This document shows positions 49,837 through 60,916 of a stretch of DNA of 64,000 nucleotides, piece by piece. Under the pieces are notes generated by a model. The model saw nothing but the letters and a program-made list of their open reading frames with translations, made no database searches and was not told where the DNA came from. The stretch covers positions 33,307 through 97,306 of the IMG/VR virus record IMGVR_UViG_3300031576_000011; one strand, 5' to 3'. The DNA is from a virus. Both the position numbers and the translations under genes were made by a program. Each line of letters begins with the position of its first letter. Position 1 is the first letter of the stretch.

Positions 49837-51339
49837 TCAGGCTGCCGGAGGCGTGGCCGGTTCATGGGCTGGCGCGCGGGCGACCTTGAGTGCGGCGTCG
49901 ACCCACGTGTCCTGGGCGCGGGCATCGCTGCTGGCGACAGGCGTCCCCGAGAGCCCGACCCAGCCGTCGCCGGTGGCTGGTGGGACTGGCCTGAGCCCGA
50001 GGTTGGGCTTGTCGGTGGCGTAGGGGTGGGCGTAGGCGCAGGCGCAGCGTCCGGCGATCCAGGAGCCGTTGCGTGCCTGGAAGCGCAGGCCGGGGCGGGA
50101 CTCGCTGCAGGCGTCGCAGGTGTGTGGCGTGGGGGGTGGGGTGGTGCTTCGTGTGGCGGCTGACTTCCGGAAGTCGGCGGCGGAGGTCGCAGCGGCGGCG
50201 ATCCAGCGCTTGGCGTCGGCGGGTCGCATGGATCCGGCGGGTGTGAGTCCGAGGGCGACCCAGTGTCCGGCGTTCCAGGTGGCGAGTTCTGGGAGCCGGA
50301 GCTGGTGGCCGTCGAGGGTGGGGGCGGCGTATGGGTCGGTGACGCAGCCGCGGCAGGCGGCGGCGAGCCAACCGGCGGTGGGGTGGTTCCGGAAGACGGT
50401 CTGTGGGGCGCGCCAGTCGCAGGCGCTGCACTCGTGGCCGCGGGCGCGGGGGTTGGTGCCGCGTTGGCGTGGGGAGCCCTCGAGGCGGAAGTGGGAGCCG
50501 CCTGGGGGGTCGGGATCTGGGTCTGGCGGGAGGGGTGGCGGATCGAGAACGGCGTCGGACAGGGGCTGGGGGTCTGGGCTCGGGTGTTGTGCCTTCGGAT
50601 GGCCCATCCGCTGCGCCCGGCCGTCGCCGGCCCCATCAAGGGCCGAGCGAGCGGCCGGCACATCGACCGCGGTGGTTGCGGGGGTGGGGGGGTCTTGAAT
50701 AGGACTCGGACTCGGAGCGGACCGAGAGCGGTCCGCTCTCCGGTCCGCTGACGGTCCACTGGTCCCAGCGGGGGTAGAGCGGTCCGAACTTGTGGGGCCG
50801 CTGGGCCCAGTGGTGATTTCTCCGCTGGGTCCAGCGGTGGAACTTGTGGGCTTTTCTGTCGGAGTCGGATCATGCACTATACTGCCGTACCGCTCTCGGT
50901 CCGCTCCCGGTCCGCTGGGCCCAGCGGTCGTTTTCACCGCTCTAGGTCCGCTGGGCCCAGCGGTCGGTGAGCGGTGCTTTCCGAAGCGACCATCGTTGCC
51001 GCGAGCGGCGGCGGAAGCCTCGGCCCCGCGGCGGCGGCCGCGCGCGAGATTCTCGCGCGAAACGCGGACCTGGGCGGCCGATCGGTTCCAGTGGAGGAAG
51101 TCGTGGATCTGGTAGTTGGTCCCATCGGGATCGAGGAGGCGGACCGCGAGGAGGCGGGCGATCGTCTCGGCCGCCCCAGGGGCGGAGAAGCTCTCGGCGA
51201 TCTCGCGGGGAATCCGGCCGTCGGTGCCGTGACAGTTGGACCACGAGATCATGCGGAACCACGGGCCGAGGTGCTCCTTGCCGGCCCCCACGATCTTCGG
51301 ATGCGAGTGGGCCTGGTCGTCGATCTTGCCCCAGCTCAT
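49837..51339 (-). CDS. Phage replication initiator-like protein (500 aa)
   Basis: W.KIDD...HPK......G.W....SW......TDG.IP...YQIHDF..WN; internal repeats; two Cys-rich C-terminal modules. Confidence 0.75.
   Translation of the reverse strand: MSWGKIDDQAHSHPKIVGAGKEHLGPWFRMISWSNCHGTDGRIPREIAESFSAPGAAETIARLLAVRLLDPDGTNYQIHDFLHWNRSAAQVRVSRENLARGRRRGAEASAAARGNDGRFGKHRSPTAGPSGPRAVKTTAGPSGPGADRERYGSIVHDPTPTEKPTSSTAGPSGEITTGPSGPTSSDRSTPAGTSGPSADRRADRSRSAPSPSPIQDPPTPATTAVDVPAARSALDGAGDGRAQRMGHPKAQHPSPDPQPLSDAVLDPPPLPPDPDPDPPGGSHFRLEGSPRQRGTNPRARGHECSACDWRAPQTVFRNHPTAGWLAAACRGCVTDPYAAPTLDGHQLRLPELATWNAGHWVALGLTPAGSMRPADAKRWIAAAATSAADFRKSAATRSTTPPPTPHTCDACSESRPGLRFQARNGSWIAGRCACAYAHPYATDKPNLGLRPVPPATGDGWVGLSGTPVASSDARAQDTWVDAALKVARAPAHEPATPPAA
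50756..50963. repeat. Five palindromic 16-bp iteron-like repeats CCGCTGGGCCCAGCGG
   Basis: Copies at 50756, 50798, 50822, 50912 and 50948 with 0-2 mismatches. Confidence 0.8.
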
Positions 51340-51556
51340 GGGTGCCTCCGCGAAGAGTTCCCCCCGGGCCCGGGCACACCCGGCCGCCGGAAGTAGCGCC
51401 GCCACCAAGGGCGCGGACCACGCCGAGCATGGCCCCGACCGTGCGGCCTGGACCCGGGGGGACAATCGGTGGGTGGCCAGGGCATGTCGGCTCGGCGCGC
51501 GGCGCCTTCCGGTGCCACCACGCGCGGCGGAACCGTAGGCCGATCGATCGGAGAAG

Positions 51557-52021
51557 TCAAGGAGAATCCGCCTCGAAATCCGGCGGCACCATCGGGAGCA
51601 GCCGGTCGACGATCGAGGGCGAGACGCGCCAGAACTTCTGGGCCCCCTTGGCGGGAACGGGCGCGAGGAGCGGGACGACCCGGTCGAGGACCCAGCCGAT
51701 CGGGCCGCGGAACCAGGGACGCTGGTCGAGAGGAAGTTCGTCGACGTGGTGGACCAGGTGCGAGATCCGCGCGAGCCCGATCAGGGCGCCGCGCACGTCG
51801 GCGTGGGGGGGCCAGGCTGGGGGGCGCGCGATCGTGTCGGGCTTGAGCCCCGCGTGGACGAGGAACCACCGGCGCTGCTTCCCGGTCCCGAGGAACGTGG
51901 GCCCGTACCCGAAGGGGCCCCAGCTCCGGTTCTCGACGCGCTTGGGGCCCCACACGATGCAGGCGGCCCACGGCTGGAAGAGCGTGAGGGCCCGCCACCG
52001 GGTGTGGTTCTGGCCCGTCAT
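51557..52021 (-). CDS. ASCH domain protein
   Basis: ALTL.QPWA..IV.G.K.VENRSW, HAG, GALIG, P..G.Q.FW. Confidence 0.88.
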   Translation of the reverse strand: MTGQNHTRWRALTLFQPWAACIVWGPKRVENRSWGPFGYGPTFLGTGKQRRWFLVHAGLKPDTIARPPAWPPHADVRGALIGLARISHLVHHVDELPLDQRPWFRGPIGWVLDRVVPLLAPVPAKGAQKFWRVSPSIVDRLLPMVPPDFEADSP

Positions 52022-52421
52022 CGGCGCGCGGCCCGCCCCGGGGCCGGGCGCGCGCGGGGCGAGATGGGAGCCGCCGGCGCGGGGAGCCGCGCGACCATCG
52101 CCGCGGCCTTCGTGTAGGTGGCGACGGCGCGCGCGCGGCGCAACAGATGGGCGGCGCCGGACTGCGCCTCCTGCGCCGCGGACAGGAGGGCGTCGGCGTC
52201 CTTGGCCTCGCGGGCGCGCCGGGCGATGGCCTCGAGCGCATGGGTCTCGCGCCAGGCCAGGTCCCACTGCTCGTACGCGTTCCCGCGCAGCCCCGCCGCG
52301 ACCTCGGGATCCAGCGGCCGGCGGCCGGGGCCCGGGAGCGTGCGGGCGGCGGGATGGGCGGCGGCGAGCGCGCGGACGAACTTGCCGCCCGTCAGGTAGC
52401 GGCGGTCCGGATCGGTGAGGG

Positions 52422-52844
52422 TCATGGGCACTCCTTCTGGGGGGCGGGTGCCCCTCCATCCCCTACTCGCTCCGGCGGGCCGCGTCGCCCCACGGAAATC
52501 CGAGAACTCTCGTTGGGGCGGATCATGGCCGGGGAGTCCGGGCCCGCGCCAGGAGCGCGAGCGTGCGCATGTCGCGGGCCCCGAGCGTGAAGTGCCAGTC
52601 CTTGAGGACCGACGCCCGACAGATGTGCGAGGCCGCACGTAGGAGATCGCCACTGGGCGGCGTAGGCGATGCAGCGGCGGACGGTCGGGTCCTCCTTCGT
52701 CGCATCGGCCGTGCTCGGATTGAGCAGGACGAACGCCACGGCGCCAGCCCGAGTCGGCTCCTCCAGGCGGAGGCGCCGGGTCAGGTCGTAGCGGTAGACC
52801 CGGTCCGGCGAGAAGGTCGCCTTGCGGTCCACGATCTCGATCAC
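52422..52844 (-). pseudogene. Truncated DUF1643-like gene
   Basis: A.FS...YRY.L.R, F..LNPSTAD...DPTVRRCI.YA..W; family similarity is lost afterwards. Confidence 0.55.
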
Positions 52845-53629
52845 GACGTCGCGACCTCCTGGGGCGGCTGGATCGTCCCGCCGTAGCGCAGCCGGTTCCG
52901 ATAGACCGTCGCCACCATCTCGCCCACCGCGTCCGCGACCGACTCGGTCGGGCACGGGCACGAGAGGCCGTAGGTCGCGTCGGGCCCGCAGTCCCAGGAG
53001 TTCTCGCCCTTGCCGTAGCCGGGGATACCCTTGTCTGGCTTGATGTCGGCGGAGATCCAGTGGCGCGCGAACCACCGCGGCCGCTTCCAGGTGCGCTCGA
53101 CGATCTTGACCGTGGCGGGGTAACCTGCCTCGGGCATCGGGATCGTCGTGCGGGTCTCCTTTAGGATGCGCTCCGAGTAGACGGGCTCGCCCAGGAGCCA
53201 CGTGATGGGGCGCAGGCGGAAGCCGCGCACCCACCAGGGATCGGCGGCCTTCCACTCCCACACCCGTCCCCACGGGGTCACCGAGAGTTCCCACGAATCC
53301 GTCACATAGATCCAGAACTGCCGCCCCTCCTTCGGGAGCCGCCGGTGGAGCCAGCCGCCCCAGCGCGGGACGAAGTGGAAGTAGAAGGCGAAGAAGAGGA
53401 AGAGGAAGGCCACGCTCGCCTGGATCGGATGCTCGGAGGAGGGCTCATGCAGGGCGAACGACACGGACGGCCGGGTGAACCCGAAGTGCCAGCTCCAGCC
53501 GAGCGTGCGCGTCGCGCTCCCGTGCTCGTCGCGCCCGAGCCAGAGCCACGCGCGGCCGTACCGCAGGATCGTGCCCAGCCGGTTGCCGGACTTCTCGTTC
53601 AAGTTCTGCCAGTGCAGGCGCAACTTCAT
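52841..53629 (-). CDS. Hypothetical Trp-rich protein
   Basis: RBS GAGGAGG; GKGENSWDCG.D. Confidence 0.65.
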   Translation of the reverse strand: MKLRLHWQNLNEKSGNRLGTILRYGRAWLWLGRDEHGSATRTLGWSWHFGFTRPSVSFALHEPSSEHPIQASVAFLFLFFAFYFHFVPRWGGWLHRRLPKEGRQFWIYVTDSWELSVTPWGRVWEWKAADPWWVRGFRLRPITWLLGEPVYSERILKETRTTIPMPEAGYPATVKIVERTWKRPRWFARHWISADIKPDKGIPGYGKGENSWDCGPDATYGLSCPCPTESVADAVGEMVATVYRNRLRYGGTIQPPQEVATS

Positions 53630-54123
53630 CGTTCCTCCTCGGTGAGCGGCACGAGCCCTGACTCCATCTCTGCTGGGCTCTTGCCGGCGGCTGGATCTTC
53701 GTTGAAGCCGCACCCGCGCATCGTCCCGGGGTTGTCTTGTGGAACGTGGTCGCCCATCCGGACCTGTTTCGTCATGCTGTAGTTGGGGTAGCCGCTACAC
53801 ATGCGCGGCTTGTTTGCGTGGATGGCGCATCCGGCCACGCGGAGATCCCCGACCATCTCGGTCGTCAGGTTCCCGCACGGCCCGTAGATGTAGCGGCCGG
53901 TCCGAGGATCACGGCCGAGACATCGTCCCGCGAGCATCGGGTAGATCAGATAGATGTCCTCGTACTCGATCATCTTCGGCGTGCTGTCGCGCCACGCCTG
54001 GTAGCCCTCGCGGAGTTGCCGTGGCGAGAGCGGGATCGGGATGCGCGTGCAGCAGCGCCCAGTCCGGAGGCAGGCCGGGACGAACGGCGTGGGGCGCGGA
54101 AGGCCATCGGGCGCGACGGTCAT
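53626..54123 (-). CDS. YkgJ-like cysteine cluster protein
   Basis: C...G.CC, C..L, C.IH..KP..C..YP. Confidence 0.75.
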   Translation of the reverse strand: MTVAPDGLPRPTPFVPACLRTGRCCTRIPIPLSPRQLREGYQAWRDSTPKMIEYEDIYLIYPMLAGRCLGRDPRTGRYIYGPCGNLTTEMVGDLRVAGCAIHANKPRMCSGYPNYSMTKQVRMGDHVPQDNPGTMRGCGFNEDPAAGKSPAEMESGLVPLTEEER

Positions 54124-54457
54124 GCCCGGCCCCGCGGGACCCGTGGGCCGATCTTCATGGCCACGATGAACTTGACGATGTGCCCCGACCGATCGTCCGT
54201 GATCGCGACGATCGGGCTGCCCCCGCGGCGGTCGATCCCGAAGATCCCGTTCAGGAGCCCAAGCCACGACAGCAGGTAGGGCCCGCGCGGGGTGAGTCCA
54301 GAGACCTGGATCGTGCGATGTGCCGCGAGCGCCGCGTTGCAGCGCACGCGCTTCCTCCACAACCACATGATCGCACCGGGATCCGCGCCGAGCGCCTGGT
54401 TCAGGACCCGCACCGCGTCGATCGGCGTGATGGCCCACGACGTCGCCTGGGGTGTCG

Positions 54458-54775
54458 TCATGCATCCTCCCGCGGCACGATCGCCGCCAGTTGCTGACAG
54501 AGCGCGCCGAAGCGGAGGTAGAACGCCTGGTGGTGCCCGCCCGTGCGATCGTCCGCGGGCCGGTGCGGGTACGTGTCGATGTGTGCGATCTCGTGCAGGA
54601 TGGCCTGCTTCGCGTACCACCACGGCTGGTCGCGGAGTCCCATGTAGAGCACGAGCGTCTTCCCCTTGTGGTGGACCTCGGACGGGGCCGCCGGGCTCAG
54701 GATCACACCCCAGTCGAAGTAGTCCGCGGCGCGGAGGAGCTGCATCGCCAGGGCCAGAAGTTCGGTCGCCGTCAT
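54458..54775 (-). CDS. Small HExxH metalloprotease-like protein
   Basis: AILHEIAH...GHH..F. Confidence 0.6.
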   Translation of the reverse strand: MTATELLALAMQLLRAADYFDWGVILSPAAPSEVHHKGKTLVLYMGLRDQPWWYAKQAILHEIAHIDTYPHRPADDRTGGHHQAFYLRFGALCQQLAAIVPREDA

Positions 54776-57342
54776 CAGGCGCTCCGGACCCGTGGGGCGT
54801 ACACGAGGTGGACCGAGAACGTGGCGTGGCACGGCAGGCTGTGGCGGATGCTGCCATCGATCTGCACGAGGAAGCGGCAGTGCCCACAGGGCTGCGGTTC
54901 GAGTTCCACGACGACCCGATGCCCGGGGACTTCGCACCGGGAGACGACGTAGTCTCGGAACCTCCGTGGTTCCTCTTGCATCTCGAGGTGGTGGATCCAG
55001 GTCGAGATCATCCCGCAGAGATCGGTGATCGCGCGTCCGACCATGGCGACGGCCATCACGTCCGCGGGCGCCGAGAGATCGATCGCCCGCGACCAGACGA
55101 CGGTCGATCGGCAGGGGCCTGTGCCGGTCGTCATGCCGGGAGCCTCCGATCCAGGATCTCCCGCGCGAACGCCGACTCCCGGTGCCCCATCCGGATCGCC
55201 TCGCAGCCCATCCTCAGCGCGTTCAGGTGCTCGACGGAGTTCACCCTGGAGCCGTGCTGGTGGGCGAGGTCTCGGAGGATCTCGGTCAGCGCCTCGACGG
55301 CCTTCAGGGCGTCCTCTGGGGTGGGCGGTGACTCCTTCATGGGTCCTCCTACGTCACGATCCGGCCGCGGCTCGCGTACTCGATCTCGATGTGGTCGAGC
55401 CGCATGCAGTCGAGCGACACCTCGACCAGTTCTCCGGTCTCGCGGATCGCCAGCATCACCAGCACGCCGTCCGTCATGACGCGCGCGGCCACGATCAGCG
55501 CCGCCTTCTCCGGATGCTGGACCTCGAGCGCCGTCCCGAGTCCGATCGGGATCCGGCGCGCCGTCAGGTATGCGCGTCGTCCGATCAGGTTCTCGAGCAC
55601 CGCGGGGTAGCGGGTCGCGTCACGGTCGGGGATCGTCTGCATGTGGCGCTCCTTCCGGCGGCGGGGCCGCCGCCTCCTCTGCCTCCGTCATTCGGTTCAG
55701 CTCATCGAACATCCCGGCATCCAGCAGGAGCCAGTACGCCTCGGCGTACCTCCCGGGACACACGCGATCCGCGAACCCGCGCCACGTATCCTCCTCTGCC
55801 ATGGCCTCGGCCAACAACGCGGCGAAGTCCCGAGGCTCCCCGCACACGGGACACACCCCGCCGGCCATCAGCCGCTCGCAGGCTGGCGACATCGGCAGCG
55901 GCGCCTTCACCTTGGGCGCCGCGGCCGCCGTGGCATCGGCCAGCGGCACCATGTTGTCGAACTCGTACCGGAACCTGCGCCGATGGTCCTCGAGGCAGTC
56001 CTGGCAGATCGTCCAGCTGATGGGAAAGCCGGACGCGACGACGAAGGCGCCGGGCTTGCCGCACCGCGGCTTCTCTTCGCTGTTGCGTTGCTCGCAGGTG
56101 AGCGAGAGGGGCCGCGATGCCGGCGTCGCGGGCGCCGGCGCATGGATCGCCGCGCCCTCTACGCGGACGCGGACGACTACGCGAAGCGCGGCGATGCACC
56201 GTGGGCATCCGCCACCCAGAATCAGGTCGGTCGTGAGGCCGTCGTGGGCCATCACCCGCTCGCCAGGCAGGGCGTCGCAGAGGCGCCGCGCCGCGGAGAG
56301 ATCCGCGGCCGTTGCGCCTTCGATCCCGTGCGGCCACGGGGAACTCTGCCGATCGCTCGGCGCGTTAGGCATGTGGACCCTCCTTCGTCGTCGGACTGGC
56401 GCCCGGGAACGCCGCGCGCCCGAACCGCTTGGGTTGCCGCCGCCGCCGGCCATCCGCGGGCTCGGCCCACAGGAATCGCACGCCGCTTGGTGGGATGGCC
56501 ATCGAGGCCGCATCTTCAGGCCACGACCGCACGATCAGCGTCGCCTCGTCGGGTCGTCGGAACGCGACCAGCGCCGCGCTCGCGGACTCGGCCTCGACGA
56601 CGCGGCGCTCCGGCGTCCGGGTCGGGTGGTTCCGTGTGGGCTCGATGCGCTCGCAGAGGAAGGTCATGGATGTACTCGCACGGCCCGAAGCCGGTTCAGG
56701 AGTGCCTGCACGGTGTCCCAGGCGCCCCGGGTCGCAACATACGCGCAGTCCGCGGCGTGGGGGAAGTCGTGGGTCTGGTCGAAGTACTGGGCCGTGTAAT
56801 CGACGACCAGCATCGATCGGTCACACGACCGGCACCAGACCGTGCGCCGGCCGGGCGCGGCCGTGTCTTCGCGCTGCCATTCGATCGCGTCGTGCGAGTT
56901 CGGACACGGGAAGGCGATGAGCCTCGCGTGGAGGCCCACGCACTCTTCGTGCGAGAGCGTCAGGCCGCCAGCCTGATCCGGCGCTGGTGCGGCGGACCAG
57001 AAAACCTCGCGCACCGTCGCGATCATCAGGGCGCGGTTGGTCGCCGGCACGTTCGCCCAAGGGACGGCAGACTCTCGACGAGTCTCGTAGCCGAAGGCCG
57101 GCGCCAGGCGCTCATAGGTGTCATGGAACCGCTGGGCCAGCTGTTCGGCGTCTGCCGGCGGAGGTTGGGGATCGGGCCGCCCCTTCTGCTCGACGTTCAC
57201 CCACGCCTCGAGGTCCGCGAGGGTGAGCAGGCCGATGGCCTCGACGTGTTGCGCGAGCGCGAGCACGATGCGGTGCCCATCCTTGTCGGGATGGAGCAAG
57301 TGGAGCGCGTGCGCGAGATGCGTCAGCCACTCGGACAGGGAC

Positions 57343-57576
57343 TCACCCACGGGAGTTCTCCTTCTTCGGACGCCAGTTCCATTTTGCAAGCGCGCGGGCC
57401 TGATTCGATCCGGTCACGATTGGCATGGCCGCGCACGTCAAGTTGTCGCAGCCGATCAGTCGCTTCCGTGGGCCGCCCCCATGCCACGGCTCGATGCTCG
57501 GTTGCGAGCCGCAGAACGGGCACGGCCGCGCGACGGCGGACGACAGGACGACGGGATCACTCTTGGGATCACCCAC
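57343..57576 (-). CDS. Lar-like restriction alleviation protein
   Basis: PCPFCG...I.C....C...A..KWN.R. Confidence 0.7.
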   Translation of the reverse strand: MGDPKSDPVVLSSAVARPCPFCGSQPSIEPWHGGGPRKRLIGCDNLTCAAMPIVTGSNQARALAKWNWRPKKENSRG

Positions 57577-58515
57577 GGGGCGCCTCCCGCGTCGCGTCGA
57601 CGCGGCGGTAACTGATCCACGTCCCACACGGGGTGGTCGGGTGTCGGCAGGCGTACCCGCGCCCGCCCTGGCTGTCGGTGTCGAAGTGGATCCAGGGCCG
57701 GCCATGGGCGCGGCAGCGCCAGCCGTTCCAGACGCGGCGCTCGAGTCGGATCTCCCACGGCACACCGATCGAGAGGAACAACACGAGCGCGATCGCGATC
57801 GCGATGGGGATGCCGAATTCGATGGTCACGTGGCCTCCGCTTCCGTTTCGGCCTTTCGCCGCGCCAGCGCCCGGATCGCGTTTGCGATTCGGAGGCACGC
57901 CTGCTCGGCCGCCTGGTTGCCCATGCCCAGACCATCGGCGTGCGAGGTGTGCTTGATGCGCTCGGATTCTTGCTCGGCGATCCGAATGCACTCTTCCGCC
58001 GAGAGCGTGAGGGGATGCGTCGGCCCCGCGAGGTAGTCGCAGCCTGCGTGCTCGCCCGGGAGGCAGAATCGGCCGCACTTGGTGCAGAACCAGCGCGTGT
58101 CAGGCGGGATCACTGGCAGTCTCCCGCGGCGCGGAGGCGATCCAGAAGCGGGCGCACGGCGGCGAGGGCCTTCTCTGCGATGTCCACCGCGTGGCCGTAC
58201 AGGTGAGGGCGGAGTCCTGGCACCGACGATTCCGTTCTCGCGATCCGCTCCAGCGCCTCGCCAAGCGCCACGACGCTCGCGGCCTCCGCTTGGGAGAGGA
58301 CGACCGCCGTCGCTTGCCGGCCGGCGACGAGCACGACACAGCCAGCATGGATCGCACGGCACACGTCACAGGTCACCTTTTCGGGATCGCCGGTATCGTG
58401 GGCGAACAGTTCCAGCCCACAGACGACGGCCCTGGGATGCCGGCGCTCTTGAAGATGAATCGGAGCGTCCGGCCGGACCGGGACAGCGGGCGGCTGGCCG
58501 GGACGACGCAGGCGG

Positions 58516-58875
58516 TCACTCACGGGCGGCCTCCGGGCCGAAGTCGAAGGCCATGGCCCTCTTGCCGTCGGGGTGCGTCACCGTGATGGGCGACACCTGG
58601 ATCAGCCCGTAGCCGGCGTAGTCGCACGGCCCTCCGGTGCGCTCTTCACCGACGCCGAGCCCACGCACCGGATTCGGGCGGTACCGTCCGATGCACTCCT
58701 GGTACATCCGGTTCGGGGGCGCGCCAGCATCCTTGAACTCCTGGCCGCTGGCGACGTTCCCACAGATCGGGCAGATGAAGCGCCAGTCCGTGAAGTTGGG
58801 CCCGAAGCGCCGGCGCCCCTCGGCGAGCCACTCGTCCAGGGTGTAGTTGACGCGGATCTGTGCGGGCGTCGTCAT
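58516..58875 (-). CDS. VVA0879-like Zn-binding protein
   Basis: W..EG..RFG....W.F.CP.CG, CIGR, CDY..YGL. Confidence 0.6.
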   Translation of the reverse strand: MTTPAQIRVNYTLDEWLAEGRRRFGPNFTDWRFICPICGNVASGQEFKDAGAPPNRMYQECIGRYRPNPVRGLGVGEERTGGPCDYAGYGLIQVSPITVTHPDGKRAMAFDFGPEAARE

Positions 58876-59483
58876 TCCGACAACTCCTCCTTCGGCAGAC
58901 TTCCGAGGGTGGGCCGCGTCTTTCCCTCCACCCACGACTTCGGCGCGTTCTTCTGGATCCAGTCGTCCACGATCTTCTCGATCTCCTCCGGCGGCGCGTC
59001 GAAGTCGCCGGCGCCGGCATCCTCGAACAACGAGTCGTGGAGGAAGTCCAGCACGTCGAACAGCGGCGTGCCGGCCTCCTCGCAGATCACGAGGTTGAGG
59101 TCGGAGGGCTTCACGTTCTCGTCGTCGCAGTAGTCGAGCAGCTCGTCTTCATCGTAGAAGTAGTGGTCGCCCCGGAAGAGCACGAGGGGCGTCGTGCCGT
59201 CCCATGCCACCTCGGGCATGGCCAGATAGTCGGCCGCGATCCGCTTCGCGGCGCAGGCCGGACAGTAGACCCATCCCTTCTCGTGGCGCCCCTGGCATCC
59301 GGCCGTCTCGCACGGGAGATCGGTCGCGCAGCACGATCGTGCGAGTCGCTCGTTCTCGCTGGGATCGCCAGCGGCGAACACCCGATTGCACGTCAGGCAC
59401 GCCCAGCCGTGGGCCGTGCCCTTCGGTGTGGTGATCGTCGCCGGGCCCGCGTTGTTCTCGTAGCGCACGACGGGGTCACCCAT
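58872..59483 (-). CDS. Cys-rich hypothetical protein
   Basis: RBS GGAGAGGAG; AR.CC.T, WDG..PL. Confidence 0.65.
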   Translation of the reverse strand: MGDPVVRYENNAGPATITTPKGTAHGWACLTCNRVFAAGDPSENERLARSCCATDLPCETAGCQGRHEKGWVYCPACAAKRIAADYLAMPEVAWDGTTPLVLFRGDHYFYDEDELLDYCDDENVKPSDLNLVICEEAGTPLFDVLDFLHDSLFEDAGAGDFDAPPEEIEKIVDDWIQKNAPKSWVEGKTRPTLGSLPKEELSE

Positions 59484-59968
59484 GGCGGACTCCTCTCCTG
59501 GCCGTGGTCTCGACCATCGGAATGACGCGAACACGAACGATCCGAGCGCCAGGCATGGCGCGCGCCTCGACACCGGCGTACAGGGTGCCGAAGTCCTTGA
59601 TCCGGCTCGACGGCGGCGGATCGTAGACGGCCCACCCGAGGCGGGGCTTCGGAATGAATCGGTCGGGCTTCTTCACGGCGTCCCCTCCCCGCCCGCGGGC
59701 GGCGGAAAGCGATCCGCGCCAGGGAGCCAGTCCGCAGCCCTCGGCTCGCAGAACCGCCACTCCTTGGCCTCGGGCCAGTACCGCTGCACCACCGCCTTCG
59801 CGTCAGCCTCGGAGTCCGCGTCCACCACCGCGCACATCGTCCAAGAGTCGTCGGCGCACCGCTGGCCCGAGCACCAGTAGCGGTGCGCCAGCGGCGCGGC
59901 CTGACCCTTCGGATAGATCGGTCGATAGTCCTCGGTGGGCTGATACCACGAAATCCAGAATCGCTGGA

Positions 59969-60916
59969 TCATGACCGCGTCCCATCCCCGCCCACGTCCC
60001 GGGCGGGCTCGGCCATGGCGGCGATGGCTGGCAGACCGAGCGACTCACGCACCAGTGACTCGCTCGGCGGCGGTTCCAGTGGCGCGGTCAAGTCTTCCCG
60101 GGCGAGTGCCAGTGCCCGTGCTTCGTCCACGCGCGCCAGTGCGTGGCGGAGCCGAACCGACTGGTTTCTGAATCGCCACGCTTCGTCCAGCGCCGCCCGC
60201 AGCGCCGCGGCGTCAGCCTCGGCCGTGCTCCGACACGGCGCACACACCGTCACGCAGACGCCATCGGAACCGTGGTTGAGCTTGCAGTGCGCGCAGCGCC
60301 CGAACGCCGCCCGTGCCGCGTCCCGCTCGTCGATGATATTCAGGACTGCAGCCGTGGAACCAGCAGCCTGCCCGCCACCTTCGCCACCGATCGCGTCGGC
60401 AATCTCTTCGAGCCGTTGGTGCAGGCGCTCTCGCTCGGCCTCGGTCGTGAGCAGCGCCTCGCCCATCTCGTCGGCAAGATGCGTGAGCGACGGGAACCGC
60501 TCGGCGAGTCCGTGTTCCATAAGTTGCTGGCGGTGGTTCGCGTCCTGCGCCGCCATCGCGCCTCGTGCCAAATCCCGCTCCCGCTCCGCCTCGATCCGCA
60601 GGGCGTTTGCGGCGCGGTCCAGCTCGCAGGCCGACTCCCACTCGCGGCGGTACTCGTCGCGGTCAGCCTCGGCCTTGAGGCGCAGATCGTCCGCCTCGAT
60701 CTTGGCCTCGATGTAGCGCAGGCAGACGGCGGCCGATTCCGACTTCTCCCGCTCCGCCGCGTCGAGGCGGGCGAGGAGGGCGCGGAGGGCACCGAGTGAG
60801 AGCGCTGCGGTCACGACGAAATCACGCGACTTTGGAGGCAAGTCTGCATGCCGTCGGTCGTGCTCGGTGACGGTCTCGCGTGCCCAGGCCACTGGATCCT
60901 CTGGGGTGTCGGTCAC
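59969..60916 (-). CDS. Coiled-coil hypothetical protein
   Basis: RBS AGGAGG; heptad-rich AERERD segments. Confidence 0.6.
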   Translation of the reverse strand: MTDTPEDPVAWARETVTEHDRRHADLPPKSRDFVVTAALSLGALRALLARLDAAEREKSESAAVCLRYIEAKIEADDLRLKAEADRDEYRREWESACELDRAANALRIEAERERDLARGAMAAQDANHRQQLMEHGLAERFPSLTHLADEMGEALLTTEAERERLHQRLEEIADAIGGEGGGQAAGSTAAVLNIIDERDAARAAFGRCAHCKLNHGSDGVCVTVCAPCRSTAEADAAALRAALDEAWRFRNQSVRLRHALARVDEARALALAREDLTAPLEPPPSESLVRESLGLPAIAAMAEPARDVGGDGTRS

